A stretch of DNA of 64,000 nucleotides from Azolla caroliniana (Eukaryota > Plantae > Polypodiophyta). The stretch spans positions 3,596,001 to 3,660,000 of the forward strand of contig JBHGNT010000021.1 of the NCBI GenBank assembly GCA_043228905.1, written 5' to 3'. Positions 20,452 through 35,352 of the stretch are shown piece after piece. Within the stretch, counting starts at the first letter, position 1; every line of letters begins with the position of its first letter. Position numbers and translations under genes: made by a program. Under the pieces are notes generated by a model. The model was not told the DNA's origin and did not search any database. It was given only the letters and a program-made list of their open reading frames with translations.

Positions 20452-23400
20452 ATGATTCCTGTGAAGCATAAGACCCCCCTCAAGTCAAGAACCCTGTCTC
20501 CCAGCCTCAACATCCTCAGCCCCAACAATGATGACTTCGAGAGGGCGCAAGTTCGAGCCGCCAGGGCCGCCTCGCACAGAAGGAGATCCATCGGCCTCGT
20601 CGGAAGAGGAGACAAAGATTATGAGGGTGAAGAAGACATTCTTGGCAAAGGTCAGATCTTAGATCTACTTCAGAACTGTATCAAGCTTGCTGCTGAAAAT
20701 GTGAGTGCTCTTTCTAATTTCCATCGTCTTCCTCCTCATCCTTCCTTCCTTCTTCTTCTTCTTCTCCTATTTCATTTTCCCTTTCTTATCGCCCCTCCCC
20801 CATTTCCCTCTTTTTATTTCATCAATTTTGCTCATTGTTTCCGCAATTCTCTCATTCTTTCTACTTCTCTTCCCATTTTCTATTTTTATTTTTTTTCTAT
20901 CTCTCTTTTTCTCTTTCATGATCATAAGTCTGTTCACGATGCGACTTTTCATCACGGTTTCATCTGTGAAATATCACAGAAAATCAATCAGCGAAACACG
21001 TGGGAGCTTGGGCTGATCGATCACATCAGTGAGATTGTGAATGCTGATGATGGAGAAGATGCAGAGACCAACTTCCAGAAGGTAGAACTCTGATATCTTA
21101 CCCTAAACATTGTAATAAAATTTGAAAGATTTTTGAAATTCATATGATCCTTCCCATGTACCAAAATTAGCATAGGATGGCAGAATTCATTTTTTTTGCT
21201 TCTGAAAGCAAACTATGGGGCACATGTCATTAGTCTTCTATGTATGTATGTAATGTACGTATACCTTTGCTTGGTTATATATATCTTCATAATCTTAGGT
21301 GTCACTTTGATTTTTCTTTGAGTCCAGAAGTATCATTCCTAATGAAAATTTTACCACTCTAGTAAAAGCTTGCTATGGTTTCACACTTTGTTTTTCTATA
21401 GAACGCTTGCAGTAATTTTCTAGACAAGTTGGAAAAACATTTGTTGATGAAGGTATTTCTATCTTATACAAACAAAAAAGCTCATTCATGGAGGGATAAA
21501 TCGATTTTAGGATCAAAATGTCTGAAATCTCACTATATACACCCCAACTTTAAAACCATGTTGCTTTTTGTAATGAAAAGCAAATATCCGATTTCTATGA
21601 AGGATTTTTTGTTTACGCACATGAGACATGTTCATGTGTTGTGAAAGGTAATTGTTTTCAGTCTCATGATTGTTTTGAAACTTGTATTTATCCCAGATTG
21701 TAAAACTGTTTTGTATGATAATATACTCAATATATGCAAGGTCTAAATATTGTTCTGTGTTTCCCATTTCCCAGGCTAGCTGTACATTGGAGGCAGGGGT
21801 GAAAATTTATGCCTATAGAGTTGACTCTGTACATTCTGAAACCTATAAAGTGCTCGGAGGATTGAATCGGACAGCAGCCTATGGAGAAGATCATGAAGGT
21901 AATAATATCTTCCTATCAGCCTATTGAAAATTGTATGATTTTCCTTGTGCTGTTTCTTCTTCTTTTATTGTAGGCTACTATCAATCGTGGGATATTCAGC
22001 TAATCTGCAGTGCATTCTTTTTTATTCAGAGAATAATGATCCTCAAAATGTCGAAGTAAGTGAAGGAGAAGCTGAAAAAAAAGATGGCCAAAAGAAGGTG
22101 AATAAGTTGATCTTTAACTCACATTAAGGAGAATGGTTTCCCCATTTCTTCCAATGTATTTAGACATTAACAATAAAGTGTTAGCATGACAAAACCCCAA
22201 AACAACTAGGTCCAACATGTATACATGCTTAAGATTAAGTTGATGAAGCTACTTTGATATATGAATGTAGATATCTAGTTCTGCAGCTACCTTGGAGTCC
22301 TATGAATCCCTGAATGTAAAAAAGTTTGATGGTATGTTGGAATATATCTATCACTCAGTTTTTTTTCTCTTGTAAAGGTTACAAATTACCCTAAATGTTT
22401 TGTCTTTGCATGTATTATTCAGTTGCGTTCACAGTCGATCCTCTATTCAATCAGATGTCAGCCCAATTTGATGAGGGTGGTGCAAAGGGTCTTCTTCTGA
22501 ATAGTCTTAGTGTTTACGGTGGCTGTAAATTGGTGTTTGATTCCAGTGAAATTCCTACCAAGTATAGGAAGCTGAATTCTGGACCAAATAGTTGTGAAAC
22601 TATCAATTTGTTCTCCATAAGAGGTCAATGAGCTCATACACTCATGTCATCTTCAATCAAACATTGAAATAATGCGCATTATGTATACTTATGTTTATTT
22701 CTTCTGATTCAGACTGTTTTCAAAAGCTAAACTTAGACATAAAAGCGGAGACAGAAATTTCCCCCACACTACGAGAAATTTTGGCTATGTTTGATGATCC
22801 TTATCGAGCAGCATCAGAAATGGAAGGAGCTAAGAAAAACACAGATATGAATGTTGAGGATTATGAAGATAATGAGCACTCGTCATTTGCAGATGATGGT
22901 GGAATGGGAGAGGTTATAAATGAGTTTGAGGCAGACCAGTCAGAAGAAATAAATTCTTCAGAATCAGTTGAAGAGGTGAGCCATGATAATACTAATTGGG
23001 ACTATAATGGAGAAACCTATGATGAGGACGTTGGTCAAGAAGGTGGAGAAAGCTATGATCAGGTTAGAGAATGATAAATATACTAGGTTTTTTCATTATT
23101 GAAATTGTCTTTCATTTTTTCTTTTTTGAACCTTCTAGGAAAGCTTTTGTAGCAGTTTTCATGAGGCAAATTTGAGTGATAATGATGCTCAGCAGCTAGT
23201 TGACTGGATAAGTCCAGTTGTAAATTTGAGATCAAATACTTGGGCTGGTCCAGATCATTGGAAGTTCAGAAAGACTCAGGGTAATCCACACATACATGTT
23301 CTCATTTTTTTTCATATATTTCAGCCAAATCACACATTCTTATTATTCTTTTGAACAAAGATGTGGTTAAAGATCCAGAAATACAAACAAAGGCTGCTGA

Positions 23401-24948
23401 GAAGAAGAAACAGAGGAATGAAAAGTTTTCAATTGATTTCCTGCTACCTCCTAAAGTTGACATGTCAATCTTTGCCCCTGCAACTGACCTTAAGTCTCTA
23501 ATGCTGCCCCAGAGTAATTCCCTTCCAAGTACGCTGCTTCCAGATGATTTTCACTATCAACCAGAAAATCTTGTAAGGCTGTTCTTGCAGCCATCAACGA
23601 TGGTAATCTGTTATGGATTTTACAGCCTCTTTGTTTTTACCATGCAACACTTTTAATGATTTTACTAATGGCTTTTCTTGATATGCAGTGTCTTAATCAT
23701 AAGAGCAAACAGAAATCTGGTAATCTCAGCAGCTACATGGTTGCCCATAAGGAAAATTATTTTTGTGGGCAAAACACCAAAGATACCGCTAATGTGTTGA
23801 TAGTTTCAAGAATACCCTTAAAGTTTCAAAATGTTACGAGAATGCCTGCATACAGTAGTAAAATTTGTATCAATGATGGGTTGTTTTTTTAGGAGTGATT
23901 TGTTAGTTAAAAAGTTTTTGAAATGAATACGACATCAAACCCATTATTGTTTGAGAGCTCTGGTTAAATATTCAACAACTGAGGGGTATTTGGGTGTTTT
24001 TCCTTGCATTTTATATTATTTCCATTGCATTATAATGGTAAGTAAAATAATCCAGGAATCAGAGGATCCAACAACAATGCCTCAGACATGATGAATATCC
24101 AGTGGGATGATGGTGTAACCGATGATTGGGATGATGAAAACATGCATGGCGATTCTGACTACATAGATGAGATTGAAATGATTCCACAACCAAGAAAAGT
24201 AAACTGTCTTTCATAGCTTTTTCGTTGGTTGAAGTTCATATATATATTCCAGGTTTTAATCCTGGAAATAAATTTTAGGTGTAATTCATTTGCAGTTACT
24301 ACAGTTTCTTTGTTTGTAACTCTGGAAATTGCTCAGGTCCAGAAGATTGAAGTAGATTATGACAAGACCTCCAAACAGATCGATGTTCGGGTTCTCAAAG
24401 AGACATTATGGCAGAACTTGCAAGAAACATCTTCCCATCAGGTATTTGTTTTTTTGGGGAAAACATTGAAATATATTCCCACGAGTTTTTCTTTGTTCCC
24501 TGACTTTCTGTTATTTCCTTATTCAACCCCAGAAGAGCAATTCTATATGCTATTTGATGGTCAAATCATTCTGTTATTTTCACAATAACAAAAACTCAGG
24601 ACTTTTGAAGAGATTAATGAAAGTGTTTAAATTCAGAGTTTTCCCCTTTCTTTTTGTTCATTATTTTGAAACAATTGGAAGTTCATTTAATTAGGCTCTT
24701 TGTTTTCTGCACATCAGGATTCAGAAGAGACCAGCAACATTTCTTTCAAATCTGTTCTTCACCAAGTGCCTACCTCATGTGGGGCAGCATCTGCTCAAGG
24801 TGATATCTCAGTGCATTTGTGCTTCATTTGCTTACTACATCTTGCAAATGAACATAACTTGAGTATCCTCGACTGTCCAACCATGGATGAGTTGTATATT
24901 ACCAACGTGATGTCCAAATCGAACACTTCGCAAGTGACCACTTTCTGA
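20452..24948 (+). CDS. CAP-H: Condensin I kleisin subunit CAP-H (Barren/Cnd2), about 13 exons
   Basis: Exons with GT-AG boundaries (20452-20700, 20980-21081, 21775-21898, ..., 24718-24948). Motifs CIKLAAENKINQRNTW, NFQKASCTLEAGVKIYAYRVDSVH, VDPLF...FDEGGAKGLLLN, WAGPDHWKF and CFICLLHLANEHNL. Confidence 0.95.
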
Positions 24949-26540
24949 CATATCGTCAGGGTCATGTCTCAATCTGCACTTGCACATAAATTTTTATGCT
25001 GCTGGAACCTTTCTAATCAGGTAACTTGACACTAATCAGCAAGCTAGATTTGGTCTTTCTTCCAAACATCTAATCTATATTAGGTGTTTTGCCGTGCTGG
25101 CAAACGACTTTGGCAAGACAAACCAATAGATGGAAACTTCTGTGTATCTCTTGACCATCAGTGTAATATCATACATTTGTTTTTCAACTTTTTGTCTTTG
25201 GAGAAATGTCGGAGATTGATGAGGATCCCAAATGGCATGAGTAATTGGTCTCACTGGATTCTCACCAATGTTTGTGTTACCCAAGCCAACATTCTCACTT
25301 CCGCTTTGTCCACACCTGCTTGCACTAGTGCTTTTACCTAGTATGGAATGTGGGGGAAGCTAGCTAGCCCAATACAAGGTTTTTGATAATTAGTGTGATG
25401 AATTGTAAGATAAAAAGTTTCGTGCTAAATTCTATCTTGTTCTTTCATAACAGATGGTTTTGTTGATTGAAAGGTTATTTTTTTCATTATGTATCCATGG
25501 GTTTTGACTTCCTTGACTATTAAAGTAAACACATCTTGTAAGTTTGGATCTCTGGGTGATGTATGTTTGTAAGGTAAGCTATTATATCTAAAGCACCAAT
25601 TAAGAATTGTGCTACTTGTGGATTGACATTAGTTGAAACTCAAGAATGAATCTTTGAATTCGATTATATACAGTACAAGGCCTTTTGAGATCTTGTGGAC
25701 GCCTTTATTACTTTCAACTACACGGATTCCATTGAAAGGTGCATTACAAGTCAAATTCTGCTACACCATACCATAACTATTACACATCGATTAGTTCACA
25801 GTTACATTCCATTGGACGGTGAATTACATACATATCAAATTCTGCTGTACCACAACTATTACATCACATGTACACTACTGGTTCTCAAAGAGTTAAAGCT
25901 CAGATGCAAAGCTTTGTATTTATACAATGTTCTGATATAATAGCCATTTCCATACTTTCTTTGTTCTCAAATATATGCCTTCCTGGAGGCCTTTGCATCG
26001 TTAACAAGTTCTACTTGAAGTTCTTTTGTTAAATATTTACTGAAGGCAGGCACGCCATCATAATAAGTTGTTTGTCATTACCTTAAACCAAAAGGGAAAC
26101 CAATTTCTTCCATACTGTAGTCTGAATATATACCCATAATTAGAATATGCATACCCACAATATAAATACACTACAATAAACGTTGATGGGAATATGACAT
26201 TGAGTTATGGAATCCATACCAACTGATATCAAAACTACTACTGTGCGTAGAAAAAAATTGATGACATTATCAAAACTGCAACTACAGGAGTGCATAATAA
26301 TATATAATGTAACAAGATAAGAATCACTACTACAAATCTGGCATTGAAAATTTCGATCAGATTAAAATAAACTAAACCATCCTCATTGAAGATTTCATAA
26401 AATTCCATTGCCATGGACACCACTTACAAAGCACATAGGTGATACATCATGACAGAAGTAGCAATTAAGAATCGAAATCATAGTTCAGGAAACAAAATTG
26501 ACAGAGGCTCAAACCTAATACAAAATGCAAGAAACTCTAA

Positions 26541-28233
26541 TCAATATCCCCCCTTAAGATCATTAACAACATCATACGGAATAGGTGTAACAGTCTCCAA
26601 GGTAGCTCCTTCCACAATAAAACCAGGTTTTGGTCCTTCCGGCTGCCTCTTAGTAGAAATCTTCTCACCTTTAGCTTTGGCTTCAGCCTTGAGCAGATCA
26701 TTCTTCTTGATTCTTTCAATCAAGTCCTCCTTGCAACGCGAGGGCTGCACATGCTCAATACGAACATGTATTCTCTTCTTCACAATTCTAGTGTTCACCT
26801 GTTGGCAGTTTCAAAGCAAGAAATTATGTTTCAGTTACAAATCAATCAACATTACGTGCACCGAGTCAATCTAATTAGGATACATATCATCTACCATTAA
26901 AGAACTACTTAAAAATTCACAATGGTCAGGTTGACTGAAGGAGATCACGAGAAACAAAAAAATTCTAATTCATTGCTCTAATGCCATGGGCCGTGCTTGT
27001 CAGTCAAAATTCGAACTAGCAGATTGGTGAATCATTACCCTGATTGGGGTATAACCCAGCACTAGCTATACGGGCAAAGTTCTGAATGCCATGCTGAAAA
27101 ACATAATTACCATAGCTATATTTGATACACCCAGGACGAGGCACATTAATATAGCAAACACAACTGACACAATATAAACTGGAAGAGTATCAGAGCAGCA
27201 CATCAAACATGGATCAAGAAGATGATACAAAACCTATGACAAGCCTCATTAATGCAAAAAATATATAATAATGGACTATAATTCAGTCTGACACAATGTC
27301 AACTGGAAAAACAAAAATGTGAAGGAGATCAACCATGGGCCAAATCCATAAAAACGCCACATTAGCAAGATAATAAAAAAATTCCCTGGTTATAGAATCA
27401 AACATATTACGAGTGATGACACGAAACTAAAGAGATACACATAAATGAGAAGAAAAAAGAAACATCAAAAACCTCCCTAAAAACATAAAAATATATCGAG
27501 AATCATTCAAAACATCACGCTTTCATTAACTCCTAAATATATAGAAATGAATAGAGAATCATACAAAATGACAAACACCCATTCCATCTCAAAACTTCAA
27601 ATCATGGACCAAATGCGAATATTTGTAAAAACTAGACCAAGGAAGAGAAATCGAGAACTTATATATTTGCTATATACTATCAGAGGCATACAGCGGATAA
27701 AAATACGATATTTTAGCAACGGATAGAAAACAACAGGCGAAGAACTAGAATTTAACATGTTTGATCATTTAAAAATGATTAAACCAGGAACGGACGTCAT
27801 TAAATTGAAGAGATAAACAGAAAACCAAGGAGTTATAAATCGTCTGTTCGTCTACTCATACGATGCATAGACATGTCATGGACCGCGAAAACGAAGGAGA
27901 CCTACCTGTGTGCTATTTCCCATAATAAAAAGAAAAAGAAAAGAGAGGAATGTCTGGAAATCCAATAAATGTAGGAAACGGAATATCGATCTCTACCTGT
28001 TTGTTCATCTCGACGCCAATGGCTCGTTTCGTGACGTTCCAGACAACACCAGTGCGTCCATGGTAGAACTTGTGAGGCATACCCTTGTGGATGGCACCAT
28101 TCACCTTGATGTCGACATAATCACCGATTCTGTAGGTGCGAAGGTAGGTGGAGAGATGGATATAACCTTTCCGCCTGAACGGGCGAGAGAAGAGATCGCG
28201 TGTACGAGATCTCTGTCCATGTCCTGCAGGCAT
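26541..28233 (-). CDS. RPL21: 60S ribosomal protein L21 (eL21), 164 aa, exons 28233-27997 and 26798-26541
   Basis: [46 protein letters not shown]...DLKGGY; GT-AG intron in frame. Confidence 0.98.
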
Positions 28234-28346
28234 CTCTGACGATCTTCTTCTGCTTCTGCTTCTTCTGCCTGCGTAGTCTGCTCAGAGAAAGAGGGGAAAG
28301 AGAAGGAGAGAAAGACAGATGAGTGAAATACACAAAGCTCTCCAGA

Positions 28347-28355
28347 AAACCCTAA
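28347..28355. promoter_or_regulatory. Telo-box (AAACCCTAA) about 115 bp upstream of the RPL21 ATG
   Basis: Exact motif, typical of plant ribosomal-protein promoters. Confidence 0.7.
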
Positions 28356-28392
28356 CCCCTGGCTCGTTTCACACTAGGACGTCTGTCCCTGG

Positions 28393-28621
28393 GCTCCGTG
28401 CGTACACACATACTCATACTGGTTTGGCCGCCCAAAGTCCAAGCAACAACAAACACGAGGCGGTAGTAGTAGTAGTAGTACTACTACTACTACTACTAGT
28501 AGCAACAACAACAACAGCTCCATGCGTACACACATACTCATACTGGTTTGGTCGTCCAAAGTCCAAGCAACAACAAACACGAGGTGGTAGTAGTAGACTG
28601 TAGTAATAGCAACAGTAGTAA

Positions 28622-28657
<36 letters not shown>

Positions 28658-28705
28658 CAGCAACATCAATAGTACTAGTACTAGTAGCAACAACAACAAC
28701 AACAA
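28393..28705. repeat. ~85-bp direct repeat (2 copies) with (AGT)n/(ACT)n/(CAA)n microsatellites
   Basis: tgcgtacacacatactcatactggtttgg...aaacacgagg at about 28399 and 28523. Confidence 0.9.
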
Positions 28706-30324
28706 TATTAGGGGGGAGAGGAGGAACACGAACATGGCTCTCGCACACACCTAAGGGCACTTGCGTATGTCCTCAAGAGCCCTTGTTGTGATCCCCGTTT
28801 CACACGCTTATCCTATGGTGCATCCGGGCACGTTGGCATTCTCTTCCCTTTCAGGGACCTAAAACCCCACCTCAACATTCGCATGTGCACTCCAAATCCC
28901 AAGAGCATGTGGTAGATACGACATGTGGGTTGGGTTGGGTTGGGTTGGGCACTTTTGTCTCCCACGCAAACCTTCGCAACATGGTTTATGCTGCTACTTG
29001 AAACCTCTTGCGCCTTGCTTCGAGACTTAGTTAGCCTTCATTGTGGAGCTCGAAAGTGTCCGCTATTGTGAAAGATGCAATACGACGAGTTGGCGAATAA
29101 ACTTCCTAACGAGCTCAATAAGTCTATTGTTTGCATGATAATGGTGGGTGATCATTACCTAAAGTCAATACCATAGGAGGCTAAGAGAGTGATACCTCTC
29201 TAAGACTATGTAAAACCATAATGGCAAAAACATTAGTCAAATCATTGTGCTTCTTCACGATCGTATATATCGAATGATAAGATGATGATGTGGGTATGTT
29301 TGGTGGTACAAAACTTACATTTAATTAAAAGGTGCTTCAAAAGGATTTAGACATGAAACCGAAACTTCTCTAAACATAGAGTTTAGGACAAGGTTGTAGA
29401 GCTAAGGAGCAAGAAGGAAACATGAGTGCTCTTTTTCATGTTTATTGTTATATTATTCTCTTGACACACATTCATTGCGCTTCTAATAAATGTCTTGGGA
29501 ACACAATTATTATTTCTTCTAGAACTATTATTGAATTGTCGTATTACAATTCTTCATGGATAAGCAAATAGTTGAAAAGTTGTGAATGTTTTCACTTGAA
29601 TACCTCTTGGTTACTAGATTAGTTGTCTGAGGTTCCCTTAGCTTATACTGTACAAGTGCATGGTGTATGCCAATTCAAATATTCATGAAGCATCAAGCAA
29701 TCAATGAGAGGGGGAAACCTTAAAACCATGGTTATAACAAAATGATAGTTGGTCACGAAAATATCGATGTCTTGCTCTTGCGCATAATGGTTGCTTCGAA
29801 TTCTCCATTATTGAAGCCACTTAGTCAATCAATCAAAGTGAATGAAGATTATGTATGATGGTGTTATTATTATGAAAAAGAGGACGATAATGGTCATGAC
29901 TCATGACCACATTGATGTTGAAAAGATGGTTGTATGATGGTCATGTCATGGGTGTGTTGCTTTGCATGCCCTCGGATCCATGTGTTCAAGTTGAAGGAAC
30001 TTGAGGTCAAGCTGGAGAATGTGTTGATAATGGTAAATATGAGAGTGATAATAGCTCTATGATTATCCTTGTAAGCCAAGATGATGATGACGATGTTATG
30101 GTGAAGAAGAAAAACATGATTGTTAATGTTATGGTTTCCTTGAAACTCAGCAAAAGAGAGAAGGAGAAGACGAATATCGTGTGGAGAGATAACAAACCAT
30201 AATGTGATAATGATAATAGTAAAAAATGAGGTGAAGCAATGCACAAATGTGAATTTCATGGTTGTTGGAAGCATATGACAAGTATTTGACAATGCACTAA
30301 ACTTAGTTTGCATCATACATATAT

Positions 30325-33300
30325 ATTTTTTAGTAACATTTTTATTACTAGTGGGAAACCTCACAGTGAGGTGAAAACCCACAAAGAATAAAGAGAAATA
30401 TGCAAGTGTCGATTAGACACTAAAGAGCTTAGAAGCACTCAAAGTAAAGATTGTAAATGTGTAGTGTGATGTCTCTAAGTTGTAGACAATCAAATAGAGA
30501 TTGCTTGAGTGATTGCTTAAAGAAGCTAACATCATGCAATTGGCTTTCATCAAAGACCTTATTATTGCAGGCCGTCCAAATGGTCTAGAGTGCCCAAAAT
30601 CGTGTCCATTGGAGAAAATAAACATTGTTGGATAGGGCGCACAGAATTTGTCCAAATAGCCAAAAGTGTTTCCCAAACATTCAACCAAGAAATTTGTGAT
30701 AAAGATATGCACTTAGTCTTTGTACAAATGTTGTACTAAATGAGCAAGTCCATAATAAGTGTGGGATATTTCTAATCGTGCACCACATTTTGCACAATGC
30801 GGTGAAGCCATTGATCGCTTTTGAAAATTTGACCTAGTCGGGAGCACGCCCAATAGGCATCTCCATAGGAATACCCTTTGCTTAAGTGGAAGACCATAGC
30901 TCCATAAGCTTGTAAGCTTGTTTTTCCACCAAGATCGTGTTTTGTGTAGATTCCATAATGCATTCGCATGTTTGTGAAACCACAAGGCAAGTTGCAATAA
31001 CACATACACTGAATGTGTTGTAATGTTATTAATTGGAGTAACAATGTTCCCTTTTTGTAACATCCAGTTCTGAATCTTGCGATCTCCATCTAGAGGTGGC
31101 ATTGGTACTAAGTGCAAACTCTGTGACTTGATTCTAGACAACGGGATGATGTGGCCCAAGACTAATCAATCATAATTAAGTAATATTGCATGTAAGCCAT
31201 GAATATAGATTGCACTATCCTCAATTTGACATGGAGCGGCCATGTTGCAAACATCTAATAGCTTAGCTATTATCTCACTTTTTGTAGAACCTAATCAACC
31301 TTTCTTTTCCCTGTTGCATTCCATCCCAATGGATAGCCAAGATGTTTAGCCATTTCATTTGGGCTAACAACTTGACATGGCCACAAAAGTTGATGCCAAC
31401 TATATGGTGTCAAGGGTAGGAGTTTGGACTTGTTGAAGTTAACATGTAGTCCAACAACTAATCCATACAACTTGAGGGCATACATAATCACTCTCATATC
31501 ATTTGGATTGTTGTGTGATAGGAATGATGTATCATCAGCATATGCCTAAGCCACGAAATCATGTCCATCTTTCATTTGCAAACCGTGAAGTTGACCAATT
31601 GATACTAGATAATCCATGTACAATACTAGTGGATGAGTTGCAATTGCATACAACAATGCACTTACATGACAACCTTGTCGTACTGATTTGGCTAAGCTCC
31701 ATGAATCTGTCAATTCACCCTCAATAATGCATGAAGATGTGCTAGACCCATAAAGCCAATAGATTACCTCGAGCATTTTTGGGCCAAATCCTAGTTTGAC
31801 CATTGTGGCTACCACAAAATCCCACTGGATGGTGTCAAAGGCCTTTTCAATGTCAATTTGCATGATCAATACATCTGGTTTGGTGTATTTGGCATACTCT
31901 ATTCTAGTATAAGCATTAGCAATATTATCTGTAATTTGCCTTCGGGGAATGAAACCGTACTGGTTTACATGTATGTCTCCCAACAAAGTGTCCTTAATAC
32001 GATTAATAATTATCTTTGCAATAAGGTTATAGATCAATGGCACGAGAGTCATTGGTCGCCAATCCAAAAAAGTTTCACACAATTTCTTTTTGGGTATTAA
32101 TTTGACCAAACTTGAATCTTTCCATGAGATAGGCATATCCCACTATTGCCAAGCATTATTTGCCATAGATAGGATTAAATCGTTAAGGGCATCCCAAAAT
32201 TCTGCAATGAACTCTAGCGTAAAACCATCCCAACCAAGCGTTTTGCCTTTCCCGAGACCCTTCCAAGCCTCCAAAAGCTCCTCCATTGTAAATGTTGCAT
32301 CCAAATAAATAGCTTTATCAACACAAATAGTGGGTTGAACTAGTGACAATAATGTATCTCTGGCCTATTTAACTGCATCTGTAACAAATACATTATTCGC
32401 AAAGATGTGAGAGAAGTGAGTTACACATTCCTTGGCTAGTTCAAGTCGGTTTGTAGTCCACAAACCATCACCTTTCAAAGAAGGATTTAGAAGAGCATCC
32501 TTTGTCTTTCAATGGAAATTGTTGTGACCTAACTTGCTATTTTCCCAATTTATTTTTGTTGCATAGCATCAATGTGTGTTTGGCCATACACAATGTATCC
32601 TCTTCACGTAAGGTCTAAAATCTTATATGTGCTAACTCCGTTAGGGCTTGACAAGTAAAATTGGCTTGTTAAATGCAATCTCTCTGCCTTGAGACATACC
32701 ACTTCCCATACTCTTGTATTACTGTTTGTAATCTATGTACAAAATGTACCCATGCTATATCAACATCTATGTTGACTTCTACATCAAGAGGAGGTATAAT
32801 GTCATAGACCATCCTCTTGAAGAGCTCATGTTCGAGGCAACTATTGTTAATAAACATGACTCTCTTCCTTTGGAGATGCATGGAGATGCACTTCATAGGA
32901 ATGATTCCCAAAATGAAGGTCTAGCCAGACAGGAGCATGATCTATATGCATTGTACATGTGAAATTTTCATATTGACTAGCATGCAACAAATATCATCTA
33001 TCAAGCATTGCATAGTACGAGGAGTGGGTGGTGTGATGAAAGGTAAACCCGAGAACATAAGGGTGCATCATTTTCCATAGATCAACCCAATCCAATGAGC
33101 TTTGCACATTATACCATTGATCTTGTTCCTCTCTCAACATATGTGAGTGCCCACTAGTGTTATCACATGCATTTGGAGAGTTGTTGAAATCTCCACATAT
33201 AAATGCATTTTGTGGCCATGGATAAGCACAAATGTCTTGCCAAAGTAAAACATAATACATCAACATAGTTTTGCCATAAAGGAGCCAACCATCATTACTC
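30325..33300 (-). mobile_element. Degenerate L1-clade LINE ORF2 (APE, RT, zf-RVT); possible ORF1 remnant up to ~35000
   Basis: Motifs ICGDFNN, FTF..LDR, G.DGFT.EF, LIPKK..WRP, DIEKAFD, VRQGC..S.LLY, AYADD (~31531-31545), HLGYP and FLWR...LPT, with many stops and frameshifts. Confidence 0.9.
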
Positions 33301-34249
33301 GATAGTTTCTTACATTATTTAGGTCTCCTGCTTTATGTAATGGTTTGATCTTATTTCTTTCAACACTGATTTGTGTCTTATTTCTTTCATGGATGTGGTG
33401 AATTGGGTGTGTGGTGACATTGTCTTTCTCCATGTAGCCAAGTCTCTAGAGTGTTCATAAACAATAAAACATGTCATTTCCCTCATTAAAGTTTACCTAC
33501 TAAAATATATTATGAACACTCTACCATAATTGTCATTGTCAAAGTTGAAGGCATAGTTCGTGAGTTTCCAATCATTGGTGGCATCAAACTTTTTCCTTGA
33601 TGTAATTGGGTTTGCTTCATTGTTAAAACTCCTCTTCTTTAACTCCCTTTCTTTTGGAGTTCCCTCGTATGACCCTACTACATAGGGTTGAGAGTCAACA
33701 CATTGTGAGTGTCACCGTGTGTCATTGTATCTAAATATTGCTTATCTTTATCTTGTTTAGTGACAATGACCATTGTTTGAATGCACATAGACCATTTGCT
33801 TTTTGAGGTCATGCTCTTTGTGGTGAGATGATTTTCTTTGAGCAATAACATCTCCTACAGATTAAAAAAAGGTCAATGATGTGTCCTTGGTGATCATGAT
33901 GGTGGTTACAAGTTGATCGAAAATATATAATCTATCTCGCTCTTATGATTCTTTTGTTTTCCCAATTGATGAGAGAATGTTTCCCCATGCTTTCTTCAAC
34001 ATCTTCGCATCTCATACATAACTGAGCATGTTGGAAGACATTGCAGTACATGGCTTGCACCTTGTTGCAATGTCATAGAGTTGGTGTGCATCATGTTAAA
34101 CATTTTCTACCATGACACACTTTGTGACATGGGAGTTTTGGTTTGACATGAAGGCGACATGGACCTTGATTGGGCCAATAATTTGACGAACCAACAATCG
34201 AACATCAAGCTTTGCATTTTCACTATGAAGCCACACCATCTCTTGGAGA

Positions 34250-34400
34250 ATTCAAAAGCAACAGGTTTTGGCTCTATCTAGCATACAAGACAAAGTATGG
34301 GGGCATGGAAACTATCACGTGTGAAACCATGTGGCCCAAGCAAATCCTCATAGACCTCAACATCACGATCAAGGTGCTAATACATCTTTTTTGCACAACC
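34250..34400 (+). mobile_element. Copia RNase H fragment
   Basis: KQQVLALSS..KYGGM...TCETMW.KQILIDL...LFC resembles Copia KQ..VA.SSTEAEY...CE..WL..LL.DL...LYCD. Confidence 0.6.
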
Positions 34401-35352
34401 ACATTATTAGTATACAACTTTTTCACTACTCGTCGTGATGGAAGTGGGTGGGAGCTATTCACGTTATGTTGAATATTATTACATGTTTAGAGTATGATAA
34501 TAGAATAAAGTACATATATGACCCACTAGGCATGTCCTCACACTGAATGTGAACGGTTGAGCTTGGTATCTCAACATGTTCCTTCAAGCTCAAATATACC
34601 ATAGTGTCATGTTGGTGAGCATGGATTGCTTTTGCTCATTTCTAAAATTGTATCAAGGACTAAAATCTAAACGGTGATGGCCTACCCAAATAGTTCAAGG
34701 ATGTGGTGAATCATTGTTAATGATCTTCTATAATATATCAAACAAAGAGAATGGCCAACTCTCTTATTCTCAAGGTGATATCCTATTGGAAGTGTGCTTG
34801 ATAATCATTGTCACAAGAACACCCTTTATTTGAGTAGCAAACTTAATTTCCAAATTTTAGTAAGTATCTCATTCCACCATCCTATATTGAAAATTCAAAC
34901 CAAGGGCTTGTAAAAGGGGAATTGTTGGTGGTTGACCACTGACCAAACACTTTATGAAACCTTTGCATAGGTTGGTTATGTCCATAAGGGCTTTTCAAGA
35001 GTTTGAGATAGAACTTAACTCGAGTTCCAACATATCACTTACTTGAGGTAGAATTTGAAGGTCATGCAACTTTCCATGTATGTAAATGTTGTGAAAGTGT
35101 GAGTGATGACATTGTACATGTATTCCATTGCACTCACACAAACGTATTGTTCATATGTAAGAGGAGTTTTTACGAGTAAATTATTGTTGCACATTACTTG
35201 ATCAAATATCTTAAAGAGACTTCAAATTGGCAAAGATATTTATAGTTAATAGTATGGTCTTAAGTTTTAATGATTTTTAAATTTATGATTAATATTTCCA
35301 TGTGGATATATTAATTGGAAAGGTATACTACTCGAATTTTGGGAACCCCCAC

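Noticed and set aside
26799-27996. Intronic snoRNA in RPL21
   Set aside because: No convincing C/D or H/ACA box pair was seen on the gene strand.
29000-30300. Possible decayed gag-like sequence and the 162-aa minus-strand ORF
   Set aside because: No diagnostic motif; low-complexity composition.
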